A stretch of 64,000 nucleotides of DNA from Octopus sinensis. Taxonomy: Eukaryota. Each line of letters opens with the position of its first letter. Position 1 is the first letter of the stretch. Shown here piece by piece: positions 28,340-41,270 of this stretch. Under the pieces are notes generated by a model. It ran no database searches. It saw only the letters and a program-made list of their open reading frames with translations, and was not told where the DNA came from. The DNA is taken from positions 3,472,001-3,536,000 of the forward strand of contig NC_043003.1 of NCBI RefSeq assembly GCF_006345805.1. The letters run 5' to 3'. The position numbers and the translations under genes are program-made.

Positions 28340-29345
28340 TCTGAAGTGTACAGTATTATATATCCATCGTGGCTGATCTTACCAATCAGTTTTGCACTAA
28401 GGTTACAATGGAGTGTTAGGTAACAATCCAATTATGTAACTCTACACTCATCAGAGTTCGCTAATATGGAATGAAATATGACAACTTTTCTTTATTGTTA
28501 GAGGTAAATGGACACATCCAGATTGTGGTTGCTATAGAAAGATGATGAAATGAAATGAGTAGGGGATTAAGTTAAGATTTATGTCTCTTGGTACCGAGAC
28601 ATCGCTACTGGATTGGTTATGCTTCAAGTCAGTAAAAGTTATCTTGAAATTTAAGTAGAAAATGTGTGCATCTTTCAGGTTGATGTCCTTGTGAAAATTG
28701 GGTATGTGTAGTGGTTCTATGTGTATAACTTTTGCAGAGGGTGTAGGCATACATAACTGGTCATTAGTGACTTCTCTTTCCATATTGATTAAGGTTGTGG
28801 GGTTTTATATGTGTATGCGGTGTGTGTAGGGGTACAATGTGTGGGGGAGAGTTTATATTAGGGTGGTGGGAAAACAGTCTATTTGGTAGGTGTCTGCTGT
28901 GTTGGGGCATGCATGTTTGAATGTGGGTGCGTTAGTGAACGCTCTGGGCAAACTCTTTGCCGAACTCCAGAGAGCCGAGGCTGGGGGACTGGTGATTGTA
29001 GTCATGATGAAGCACGCAGGTATGATAGGATATACTTCCTTTCATGTGGGCAAGGATTAAACACTTCACTCCTGCCATTCAGGTAAATATCCAGGCGTCG
29101 GGGACCCTTTAAAATCGCTCTCTTCTCAGCCAGGCACAGTCTGCACTTGCTGCTGCCATTAAAGTATGGTTCACATTTCTTCAGGATCTTCCACTTTATG
29201 CTGGAGTCTGTGGTGCTTTCTTTCAAAGACCAAATGTACTTGGCTAGGGTTGTGGAGTTGCGTCTCTCTGGGATGTTGAAGAAGGACTTGTGGTTGTTAA
29301 AGCGGGTTCTGAAGGGGCCTTCAGGTTTCCACACATACTTTTGCT
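28340..29345 (-). mobile_element. Penelope-like element 3' fragment (GIY-YIG C-terminal half plus long 3' region)
   Basis: FRTRFNNHKS...STTLAKYIWSLKE...IKWKILKK...CRLCLAEK...LNGRSEVFNPCPH, typical of PLE endonuclease C-termini. CTGATGA core at 28454-28448. Flanked by (TA)n on both sides. Confidence 0.8.
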
Positions 29346-29377
29346 CATGTCTATATATATATATCTATATTCTATAG

Positions 29378-29469
<92 letters not shown>

Positions 29470-31329
29470 AATAAAATAAAACATATGCATGTATACATAC
29501 ATATATGTACGTACCTACCTCTACATGTATATATACATGCATATATGGGTACAAGACACCAAAAAAACGTCGAACATAATGAGAAACGAAAACGTAAACA
29601 CAAAACCAAGGAAATGGACATTTCTTTTAAACAACGAAAAAATAGAGTACAGGACATACAAAACAAGGAAAATTCCCCTTCTTCGGTCGCCTTTGTTTCA
29701 TGTACTCCATGTTTCGAAGGTCAAGGCGAGACACGGCTTTAATGAAACATTCCTTCCTGTGAAAAGCAAATTAAATAAAATTTGAGATTTTTTTGCGGAG
29801 GGGTAAAAATGGTAAGAGAAACAGGACAGTACAAAATATAAACAGTAAAAGACAGGACAAGGAGAATAACAGTAACACACACGTTATATATCAATACCAA
29901 TAAAGAGAGATGATAAAATATGTTAAACTATTCCTGTTATCATCAGATGTCACAGACCTCACAGAGTATGGAAGACTGTTTGTACTGACATGTGTGTTGC
30001 CTTCACCACCACCACCAGTACCAACACCACCACCAGTACCAACACCGCATTTTATGTGTGTGTTGGGTTAAATACCATGCCTGATCCCATCTCTAATCAA
30101 TATATAGATACCTATTTGACTTAGTCATATCTTGGGTAACAGCAGGTGATCGTTGTTCTGATGGTCACTTGGATGAGGTGGGTGGACACAGAGATAGCGT
30201 AAACAGGTCAATATTTGGGACACATCAACCAAGACTTGACTCTATCTCTCCTCACATGTAGAAGCACTGAAGACATTCAGTGTCTCTCCCTGCAACAACA
30301 CAGACAGTTGTGGGTGTGTCTTTGCATGTGGGAGTGGGTGGCTGTGGTGTGGGGAAACTAGGTGCTTCCTCTCACCACCACCACCACCACCCGACGCCAC
30401 CACCACCACCACCACCACCACCACTACTACTACTACTACTCTGACAGATATTAAAATGTCAAACTGAGAAAATTTTTTGTGTAGAAACAGAGAACTATTG
30501 TTGCTGTTGTTGTTGTAGTTTTGAGAGTGGTGGTGGTGGGGGGGGATAGAAGGGAATATTTTACATACCTATGACCACTGTCAGTCAGTAAGTAGGAGAA
30601 AGGGAGGTGTGTGTGCATGCGTGCGCATGTGTGTGTGGACTAATATTTAGGGGTGTGTGGGTGGTGTGTGGGCAGGGCATGGGTGGCTGTACTGTTGTTA
30701 ATTAATCAATATGGAATTCACACAAATGCAAACAATGACCCCCCCCATCACACACACACCACAAACACCACTGCTGCTGCCACCACCACCACCACCATCA
30801 TATCACAGCTACCAAACCACCAACCACTGCGTGCTACTGTACTAATTATTAATCACACCGAACCTCAGTGTGCACTGTACTAATTACAGGTACAACTTCT
30901 TACTCTGTTCACCTCATCACAACACTGGCCACCACCACCACCACCACCACCACACCACCACCAACAACAACAACAGCAACAACAACCACAACATCATACT
31001 GAATGACACGATTATCCGTTTTCCTATAAGCACACACATAAACACTCATTGCACCAATACTCATAAACACACACACACACATCTTTACATGCATGGGCAC
31101 ACACTTAAACGTGTCTTGTACAATAACACAAGGCTGACCAAGGCATTGCGAGTGAATTTTGCTGATGGAAACTGAAGGAAGCCTGTCATAGATCGTCATC
31201 ATCCCTTAGCATCTGTCTTCTAAGCTGACAAAGGTTGGATGGTCTGATAAGGATTCGACAACATCAGAGGGCTGCTTTGGCATGCTTTCTATGGCTGGAT
31301 GTCCAATGTCCTTTCTAAAATATATATCA

Positions 31330-32186
31330 TTGTCTAAATTACGCAAAAATGAAAATAACACTGTCATCTCATTTTAACAGATATATTTACCAAAATTACA
31401 TTAAAATATCCTGAAATACTAAAGAGTAAATCTATTCAATAAAATCGCCATTGGCTTCAGTCATGGCCTCCAGACAACTTTGGAATCAACTGCGCTTCTT
31501 CTGGATGATCTCCTTGTTTAAGTTGCTGAATGCTGCCATAATCCTTGCCTTCAGTACATCTTTGGTGTTACAAGGACTTTTATTGATCCCTTGCTCAAAT
31601 GTGTCCCACACATAATAATCAAGGGGGGTTGCAGTCTGGCAAGTTAGGTGGCCAGATGTTGGGGGTGATGTGGTCACAGAAATGGTCTGACAATCATGAC
31701 TAGGTTCTCCTGCATGTGTGGCATGGTGCAGAGTCCTGTTGCCAGACATAAGGTCTTCCAGAAGCCACCCTCTTCACCCAGGGCAGTACTGCCTCCTCCA
31801 GGCACTTGATCTAGGCCTCTGTGTTAAGTGTGAGGTGGTGTAGGAAGATGAATGGAGGCATAATGTTGCCCTCACTAGTGATCCCTTCAAACACCATGAT
31901 GTTGATTGGATGTTTGATTTTTATCACTCTTAGTTTATGTCCTCAAATTGACACCCAAACACTCTGAAATGTTCATATTGGAGCTTCTAGCATGAACGCC
32001 AAGCAGTACAGCATGTCATTTCCAAATTTCTGGCAGAGTAAATTGCAACATGGTGCTGTTTTCTTCACAGACAGTGCCCAACTGACTCTACTATACTGTG
32101 TAGTTGATAAAATCAAAAACAAGCAAAGCGCATGCACGAAATTAAAAATATAAAATGGCAACAATTTACGCATCGCACCCAGTATA
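31330..32186 (-). mobile_element. maT-like (DD37D) Tc1/mariner-superfamily relic, internally deleted
   Basis: YVWQQDSAPCHT...WPPNLPDCNPLDYYVW gives 37 residues between the 2nd and 3rd catalytic Asp after correcting a 1-nt frameshift. C-terminus EANGDFIE*. TIR-like end TA-ctgggtgcgatgcgtaaattg at about 32186-32160. Confidence 0.8.
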
Positions 32187-32749
32187 TAGCAAAACCTTAG
32201 ACAGATGAGAAATAGGGAGGTGACTGGAAGTAGATGGGTGCACAGTGACAGAGTGGGAGGTCAGCAGTTTATAGGGGTATCTACAGTGGGTAATAAAGAA
32301 AGGGGTGTGAGGCTGTTGTTGGCAGATTTGAGAGGGTATCCAGAGGAAGGGACTTTCAGTGGAAAGTAATGAGGTAAAGAACGTGGATTGGTGATAAAGG
32401 AAGTGACTGCAAAGAGAAAGGTAACTGATAGCATAAAAGGGGGATGAAATATGTACAGTGCTGATCTGATAACAGCAGCTGAGGAAATGATGCCATAGTT
32501 AGGAGAGTGATGGAAGGATGGATATTAAGAAGATGAATTGTAGGGGGAGGTTTGACAAGGACAGAGAGGGTGTAGACATAAATGATGTGCTTTTAGGACC
32601 TCATTCTCTGCTGAAATAAACAGGTCTCCTTAAGCACAGCAAACCATCCATCATTTTGATCCTTCTTTTTATCTCCTTCATGTGGTTGAACGTCCTGGGT
32701 GGTTGGTGGTTGCAGTCAGGGCATCCCAGCCATCACTTCTTAGGAGCAT

Positions 32750-33020
32750 TCTTTCTCCTGTGATTGCTGTCAACAGTTGTGGCTGGTTGTTATATTCTTT
32801 GAGAAACTCAGCATCCTGAGATCGCTTTTCACTCCATTATCCCACATCGTTCCTCTTCTGCAGGAACCGTTCCCTCCAAACATTCAACACTTCCATAAGC
32901 AACTGCCACCATCGACAAGCTCCTACCACACCAATGCAGTCTTCTCTCTTGCAAACCACACCCAATTCCTCTTGTATGCAGGTTCTCTTTCAGTTCATTT
33001 CCATTTGCATCATTAATGCC
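32750..33020 (-). mobile_element. Old RTE LINE C-terminal fragment
   Basis: LKENLHTRGIGCGLQERRLHWCG resembles the RTE ORF end seen at 19600 and 38450. Confidence 0.55.
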
Positions 33021-34270
33021 CGATGACATCACACACGTCTTTTATCTTTGACTTGTTTTAATCATTAGACTGTGGCCATGCTGGAGTACCACTCTGAAGA
33101 GTTTTTAGTCAAACAAATTGACACCAGTACATTTTTTTAAAGCCTGGTACATATTCTATCAGTCTCTTTTGCTGAACTGGGAAGTTACAGGGATATAAAC
33201 ACACCAACAGTTGTCAAGCACTGAGGGGAGGGGGACAAACACAAACACACACATACATAAATATGTATATATATATATATATAGATGAAGTTTTCCTGTC
33301 TTGTTGTTAAAAGCACAAAACAAATAGTAATAAACAGTCAACAACTGAGGAGGAGTTAAACTTCTTTGGGTTTTTCATCCTGTACTTGTCTCCCGTTATG
33401 TGTTTATGCGTTTTTCACTCATTAATGTCCTGTACTTAATGTGTATTCTTTCATTTTTATTGAATAATCAAACACCGCACAGCCTTTGTCAGCAATAAGT
33501 TTTTACATTTATATAAAGATTTCTGTGACTCTGTTTTCTTTCTCTCTCTCTCTCTCTACCCCTCTATAATCCTATATATTTCTTTTTCTCCTCCTCCTTT
33601 GCTGTCCCCATCTGTCTTTCTTTCCCTCTCCCTTCTCTTCACACCCTTTCTTACCCTCATCCTCTTGTCTCCTGTCTCCTTTGCCTGTTGCTCATACCTA
33701 ACTACAGGCCATTTTTCTCATCCCCCTGTCCTTTCTGGATGGGATGTCCAGCTAGCCAGACGTCATTTCTCTCGTCTCTCGATATCTTTTTTCTTTACTA
33801 TTTTTTCTCTTCTTTTTATTCTATATCCTTTCAAAGTTTCTCCCAGGCATTACCCATTAGAATTTATCTCGGCCTAACAGCCCTAAATGTCTGTCTTCAT
33901 CAATCATTTCCATGCGTCCACTATGGTGTTGTTTGTTTGTTCGAAGACCTAACTTTCTGAAAATTTTATATTCGTAAAATTTCTGGATGTTGCTGTCTTA
34001 TGAAGTTTCCATCTTGTTGTTAAAAGCACAAAACAGTTAGTAACAAGCAGTCAACAACTGAGGAGGAGTTGGGTTTCTTTCGGCATTTTGTCCTCAACTT
34101 GTCTCTCATGTGTTTACATATTTTTCGCTCGTTAGTGATGTCCTGTACTTAATGTTTTGTTTTTCATTTTTATATAAATAGATATATACACAACAGGTTT
34201 CTTTCAGTTTCCGTCTTCTAAATCCACTCGCAAGGCTTTGGGACTAAACAAGGAACCATGTAGTTAGAAA

Positions 34271-34684
34271 GGCGGTGAGCTGGCAGAATTGTTAGCATGC
34301 CGGGCAAAATTCTTAGCGGTATTTCATCTGCTGCTACGTTCTGAGTTCAAATTCCACCGAGGTCGACTTTGCCTTTCATCCTTTCGGGGTCAATTAAATA
34401 AGTACCAGTTATGCACTGGGGTCGATGTAATCGACTTAATCCATTTGTCTGTCCTTGTTTGTCCTCTCTGTGTTTAGCCTCTTGTGGGTAGTAAAGAAAT
34501 AGGTATTTCGTTTGCCGTTACGCTCTGAGTTCAAATTCCGCCGAGGTCGACTTTGCCTTTCATCCTTTCGGGGTCGATTAAATAAGTACCAGTTACACAC
34601 TGGGGTCGATGTAATCGACGTAATCCGTTCGTCTGTCCTTGTTTGTCCTCTCTGTGCTTAGCCCCTTGTGGGTAGTAAAGAAAT
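34271..34684 (+). mobile_element. SINE family B with a tandemly duplicated 3' half and a 20-21 bp TSD, nested in a family A SINE
   Basis: Head ggcggtgagctggcagaa and core gcctttcatcctttcggggtcga. The TSD aggaaccatgtagttagaaa(g) occurs at 34251 and 34685. Other family B copies lie at about 4010, 16095, 37580, 39003, 51488, 53905, 56817, 58612 and 62212. Confidence 0.85.
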
Positions 34685-35228
34685 AGGAACCATGTAGTTA
34701 GAAAGCAAGTGTCTTACCATACAACCAAGCCTGAACTTTGATGTTTAGATTTTCTATCAAACATTTCAATCAGTCTGCTCTCTCACCATCCTCAGGTGTA
34801 TCATCCTGACACACTAACCTGTTAATGGCAAAATTAACTCAGAGAATATTTGATAATATTTCTGATTTAATCTGATCTACTGATTACTTCCCACCCGCTA
34901 CCCTCGGTGAATCTTTCCTAGAGAAGCAAACATCACATTATCAATAAAATTGCTAGAAACAACAGTTAAATCTCTTACATATCATACTATAACATTTAAA
35001 AATTGGAACGACACATTATCTAAATGTAGTTCTAGATATTAGTAGCTTAGAAAAAAGAAAACAGGCTGATGGTCATGGTTGGACTGTTTCTGATCATTGA
35101 TCTGGTTCAGATGTCAGGAACCTCCTTTCCATCTGACATATCTGTCTGCTACCCTCTCTCTCTCTCTTTCTATATATGTGTGTGTTAATGTATATATATA
35201 TGTGTATGTATATATGTACTTATATATA

Positions 35229-35291
<63 letters not shown>

Positions 35292-36521
35292 TACGAACAA
35301 CCTTCTCCCTTGGCTTATTCCTTCCTTGTACCAGCAACATGTCTTCTCTCACACACTGTGTAATTGCTGCGGTCCTCCCCCTCCCCCCGCTCCTCCCATT
35401 CTTTACCTGTCTCCATACTCCCGCCCACACTCCGACCTTCCTAACTGCTACCACTGTCACAACCTCATTGTTTCACCACAATGAAACAAACTTCCTACAT
35501 TTTCTGATGTCATTCAAACATTCTGATGGCCAACAGCTTTGTCCTAATTTCAATTTATTCCATAAATACCTGAAAAATAGTTTGTTGCTCTGAATGACAT
35601 CACGCAAATACCAAAGAGATGGGGGGGGGGTTATATATATACACACTTACATATACATACCTGCATTCATATATGTATACACATACATATATGCATATAC
35701 AACACCCATGTGTGGGCGGGTGTTGTATGTCTGTCTACTGCCTATCAATTTATCTGTATAATATATTCTATCAGTCTCTTTTGCTGAACTGGGAAGTTAC
35801 AGGGATATAAACACACCAACAGTCGTGTCAAGACACCAATAAATTATTATTGTTCCTGAAGGCATTTTTAAACCTACCATGGACTGCTTGAAGCTTACGA
35901 ATTTCCTACACTTAGATCCTTGGATCTTATAATTACATATTGATATATATATATATATATCATCATTATTGTTTAACGTCCGCTTTCCATACTGGCATGG
36001 GTTGGACGATTTGGCTGAGGACTGGTGAACCAGATGGCTGCACCAGGCTCCAATCTGATCTGGCAGAGCTTTTACATCTGGATGCCCTTCCTAACGCCAA
36101 ACACTCTGAGAGTGTAGTGGTTGCTTTTACGTGCCACCAGTTTGGTGGTACTGGCAACGGCCACGCCCAAATGGTGCTTTTTTACATGCCACCTGCACAG
36201 GAGCCAGTCCAGCGGCACTGGCAACGACCTCGCTCGAATGTTTTGTTCATGTGCCAGTAAGGCGATGCTGGTAACGATCACACTCAAATGGTGCTTTTTA
36301 TGTGCCACTGGCATGGAAGCCAGATAGCTGCTCTGGTAGTGATCCCACGCGGATCGATCTGTTAGCGCTCCACTGGCACAGGTGCCAATCATCGAATTTG
36401 GTTCAATTCCAATTTCACTTGCCCCAACAGGTCTTCACAAGCAGAGTTTAGTGTCCAGTGAAGGAAGGTTGGTATGGGTACCAGTCGTCAAATTTGGTTC
36501 AATTTCAAATTTATATATATA

Positions 36522-36552
<31 letters not shown>

Positions 36553-37744
36553 AATCGAAGTTGAAATCAAACTCGGTGACTGGCATCCATTGCTAGTGGA
36601 GCACTAAGAGTACCATTATGAGTGAGATCGTTGCCAGAGCAACAAGCTGGCCTTTGTGCCGATGGCACATTAAACACACCATTCGAGTGTGATCGTTACT
36701 GCGTCGCCTCACTAACACTTGTGCTGGTGGCACGTGAAACATTCGAGTGAGGTCGTCGCCAGTGCCACTGGATCAATTTTCTTAATTGATCACTCAATTC
36801 AAGTTTGTTATTTTTTTACACAGCGGTGGTGCCCCAGCATGGCCGCGGCCTTCGGGCTAAAACATTTTTAAGGATTTAAGGATACTTCTAATTCTAATTC
36901 TAGTAGTTTGTGTAATGAGTTTACTTAAACTTCTTAAAAGTATATTTAGATGCTTGTCTATGGTTTATCAGATTAAATTTTGAGATAAAAATTTGGTATA
37001 TTTCCTCAACACAATTCACAACATTTGCTTCCTCTGCAATATGCTTTAGTTCTACTAATTACCTCCCAGCTTATTGTATTTTTCCTCATTATGTGTTTTT
37101 TGTGGTTTCTTGTAATTAAAACTCTGCTTTGAGTCCTCAGCTTCTCAACCATCTTTGGGATTTTACTTTATTTCTTGTCTGTTTAGCTTATCCCAATATC
37201 TGCCATGTAAAGCCTTTCCTTGCCATTTTTTTCTCCGGTTATTCCTGTTGTTCCAGTTTTGGTTTAGATTTCAGTTGCTTTACAGCTTTTGCGGTTTGCT
37301 CTTTTGCTTCGTGGCTGTCACGTACTATGACCCCTTTTGAGTATTTTATGGTTTCTTTTAAGACAGGAAACAGTTCTTTGTTTTGATCATGCTTTGTGGT
37401 TATCTATACCAGTTTTCCATGGTTTTTCAGCTGGGTACTTCTGTAATCCTATGGTGGATATTTTATAACAGTTTTCTAGTTGCATAAGGCCTCAACCACC
37501 TTCAATTCGTCGAATAAATAACCTTTCTACGTCAGATTTTGGGTGGGGAAAACGGAATTCTGTCACTGCCACTGCCATTCATCAGTGTTTATGTTCAGTT
37601 TCAATTCCACCAAGGTCAATTCTAGCTTTCCATTCTTTTGGGATTAATGAAATAAATATCAGTTGAACACTAGATTCGATGTAATCAATTTGCCCCCCTC
37701 CCCTCATAATCTGTGAGCTCCGTAACAAAATTTGAAACCAAGCC

Positions 37745-38980
37745 CCCCCCCTCTTGTTCATAACAGTCCTCCAGACAATAACAGAGGAATTTAAGACAGG
37801 CTGCCCCAGGGATTTCCTCTATGCTGATGACTTTGCTATCATAGCTGAATCACTACCTGAGTTAAAGAAAAAGTTCCAAGTATGGAAGCAAGGTCTAGAA
37901 TCAAAGGGCCTTAGAGTTAACCTAGCAAAAACCAAAGTCTTAGTAAGTAGGAAGACAGACAAATAACAAATCCCTTCAGGTTGACGGCCCTGCTCGATCT
38001 GTAGAAAAGGCATAGGAAGAAACTCCATAAGATGCACCTGGTGTAAGCTTTGGACAGAGAAACTAACTTTTGTATGTGGAAGGTGCACAGGCATAATAAA
38101 TGCTGAACATGTGTGGAAAATAGACTCCATCAACTGCCAGGGGGCAAACTAGAGGTAGTAGATAGCTCTGGTATCTAGGTGACCAGGTTAGTAGTGGAGA
38201 TGGATGCTCTGAGAGTGTAGTTGTGAGAATAAGATTAGGCTGGGCAAAGTTCAGAGAGCTCCTTCCCCTGCTGGTAACAAAGGGCCTCTCTCTCAGAGTG
38301 AAAAGCAAATTGTTTGATGCCTGTGTGTGAATAGCTATGCTACATGGCAGTGAAACATGGGCAGTGACAGCTGAGGGCATTCATAGGCTTGAGAGGGATG
38401 AAGCCAGTATGCTTTGCTGGATGTGCAATGTCAGTGTGGATGCACAACAGAGTGTAAGCATCTTGAGAGAAAAGTTGGGCATAAGAGGCATCAGATGTGG
38501 TGTGCAAGAGAGACAACTGTGCTGGTATGGTCACGTGATGCATATGGACGAGGACAGCTGTGTAAAGAAGTGCCAATCTCTAACTGTGGAAGGAATGAAT
38601 GGAAGGAGTAGACCCAGGAACACATAGGACGAAGTAGTGAGAAAGGATCTTTAGACGTTGGGCCTCACAGACCGAACGGAACTTCTGGTTGTTTGAGAAA
38701 ATATGTCAAGCTAAGTAAAACTGTGGTGGCCCTTGTATACAGGGACCCTACATCCTGCTTCAGCTGTGTGAGTCAGATCTTGCAGGCTTGTTGGTGCTGG
38801 TGCCACATACATGCACCTGTGCTGATGCAGCCAACACACTCTGTAAAGAGGTTGGCACGAGGGAGCTGTAGAAAGCATGCGGAAACAGACATGGAACCCA
38901 GGCAGCCCCTCTGCTGGCCAACTCCTATCAAACTGTGCAACCCATGCCAGCATGGAAAATGGATGTTAAATGATGATGAT
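37745..38980 (+). mobile_element. RTE-clade LINE, 5'-truncated, degenerate RT
   Basis: LFITVLQ...FLYADDFAII...GLRVNLAKTKVL, a Cys-rich insert, then YLGD, LHGSETW, QERQLCWYGHVMHM, GRSRPR and a (GAT)n tail. Confidence 0.9.
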
Positions 38981-39406
38981 ATATATATATATATATAAAT
39001 CAGGGAGGTGAGTTGGCAGAATCGTTAGCATGCCAGGCGAAATGTTTAGCAGTATTTGTCTGCCGTTATGTTCTGAGTTGAAATTCCGCCGAGGTCGACT
39101 TTGCCTTTCATCCTTTCGGGGTCGATTAAATCAAGTACCAGTTACGCACTGGGGTCAATGTAATCGACTTAACCACTTTATCTGTCCTTGTATGTCCCCT
39201 CTATGTTTAGCCCGCTGTGGACAATAAAGAAATATTTATACATTGAAATACAACAAAGCACTTACTATGGCATGACTGTTTATATTCAACAGAGCAAATA
39301 TTTTCTATAATTTTTGCAAGTTTGACTGGTCTTGAAGTGTTTGACACTTTAAGAGCTATTTAAGTTGGTTAAAAGTGCATATATAATATACATACACACA
39401 TATATA

Positions 39407-39444
<38 letters not shown>

Positions 39445-39447
39445 TAA

Positions 39448-39777
39448 GTCAGAAATGTAGTCTATAGTATAAGATGTATAGAGGGACGATGCAGTAACAA
39501 GACAACGACATACGTAGGGGAAACGGCACGGAGCATAGGAGAGCGGGTAAATGGTCATTGGAGAGAACTTAAGGAAGGAAAGAGCTCATCAATTCTGTAC
39601 CAACACGCCGAGCAAGAACACAGAGGATCAATCAACAACATAGCGGTTAAAATCTTGTCCACACATAGAACAGATGCAACAATCAGACAAATTACGGAAG
39701 CTACACACATAATAGAAGATAAACCTAGCCTGAATAGGAAACTGGAATGGGACACTAGCACACACCACAACATATGA
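39448..39777 (+). mobile_element. Penelope-like GIY-YIG endonuclease domain, open frame with no ATG; the element probably extends to about 40420
   Basis: Hand translation: VRNVVYSIRCIEGRCSNKTTTYVGETARSIGERVNGHW...LYQHAEQEH...RQITEATHIIEDKPSLNRKLEW. This has VVY...YVGET plus the conserved R, H, E and N. Absent from the ORF track. Confidence 0.88.
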
Positions 39778-40419
39778 CAGAAGAGGATCCCCATAAACTG
39801 GTTACAATATAAACAAAACCGAAAACATAATAAATAAAATACACAGATAAATAAACAAATAGAAATAAATAACTATATAGGTTTCTTTTAATTTAAAAGG
39901 TTTTTAAATTTTTAATTAAAAATTTTTTTTATTTAAAAAATTTTTAATTAAAAAAAAAATGTTTTATTATTATTATTATTATTGTTATTACTAGTATTGT
40001 TGTTATACATACATACACACAAGCATACGTAATAATAATAATAATAATAAGTGGATGTAAACATGAACCAAAAAAAATTACACGAATGTATATAAACAGA
40101 AGATACAAATATTACAGGCATTCCCCCCCCCCACACTAAATAAACATAGACGCACATAGAGATATAAGCATGCGCAAAAGAAGACATACAATAGAAATAC
40201 AAAATGGCTGACGGTTAGTAAGGAGAGACACACAAATAAGAGAGAAGAAAACAAAGGACCACTGATGCGGTCACAGGAGTGTGACGAAAGAACTCTGGCC
40301 GAAATAAGATTAAGATTAATGTAAAAAATAAATAACACTGAAGCAAAATAACACCAAATATATAGTGCGTGTGTTTTTATTGGCTAAACTGGCAAAATGA
40401 CCATTCCGAAATATAACAA

Positions 40420-40462
<43 letters not shown>

Positions 40463-40465
<3 letters not shown>

Positions 40466-40591
40466 AAAATAAGCAACAAGAATGACTCCGGTAATTTGGT
40501 ACAATTGTTTCACACTACAACATTTTGTAAATGTTGTAGTGTGAAACAATTGTACCAAATTACCGGAGTCATTCTTGTTGCTTATTTTTGT
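40463..40591. repeat. Perfect 63-bp inverted repeat with 3-nt loop
   Basis: 40463-40525 is the exact reverse complement of 40529-40591. Confidence 0.95.
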
Positions 40592-40759
40592 TTATAATCA
40601 CCCCGCAAATTTTTATGGATAACACCATACAAAATTCTGGTGCTTCTAAATTAAGTACCATATTCATTTGAATCTAAATTGTTGCTGAACTTCGGGCTGA
40701 CCAAAGCCTTGTGAGTGGATTTGGTAGACGGAAACTGAAAGAAGCCCGTCGTAAATATG

Positions 40760-40790
<31 letters not shown>

Positions 40791-41210
40791 TTGTGTGTCT
40801 GTGTTTGTCTCACTAGCATTGCTTGACAACCGATGCTGGTGTGTTTACTTCCGTCACTTAGCAGTTCGGCAAAAGAGATCGATAGAATAAGTACTGGGCT
40901 TACAAAGAATAAGTTCCGGGGTCGCTTTGCTCGACTAAAGGTGGTGCTCCAGCATGGCCGCAGTCAAATGACTGAAACAAGTAAAAGAGTATATATATAT
41001 ATTTATGCCAGCCTCCCCTGGCCCCTGTGCTGGTGGCATGTAAAAAACACCCACTACACTCTCGGAGTGGTTGGTGTTAGGAAAGGCATCCGGTTGTAGA
41101 AACATTGCCAGATCAGACTGGAGCCTGGTGCAGCCTCCTGGCTTCCCAGACCCCAGTCAAACCGTCCAACCCATGCTAGCATGGAAGCGGATGTTAAACG
41201 ATGATGATGA

Positions 41211-41270
<60 letters not shown>

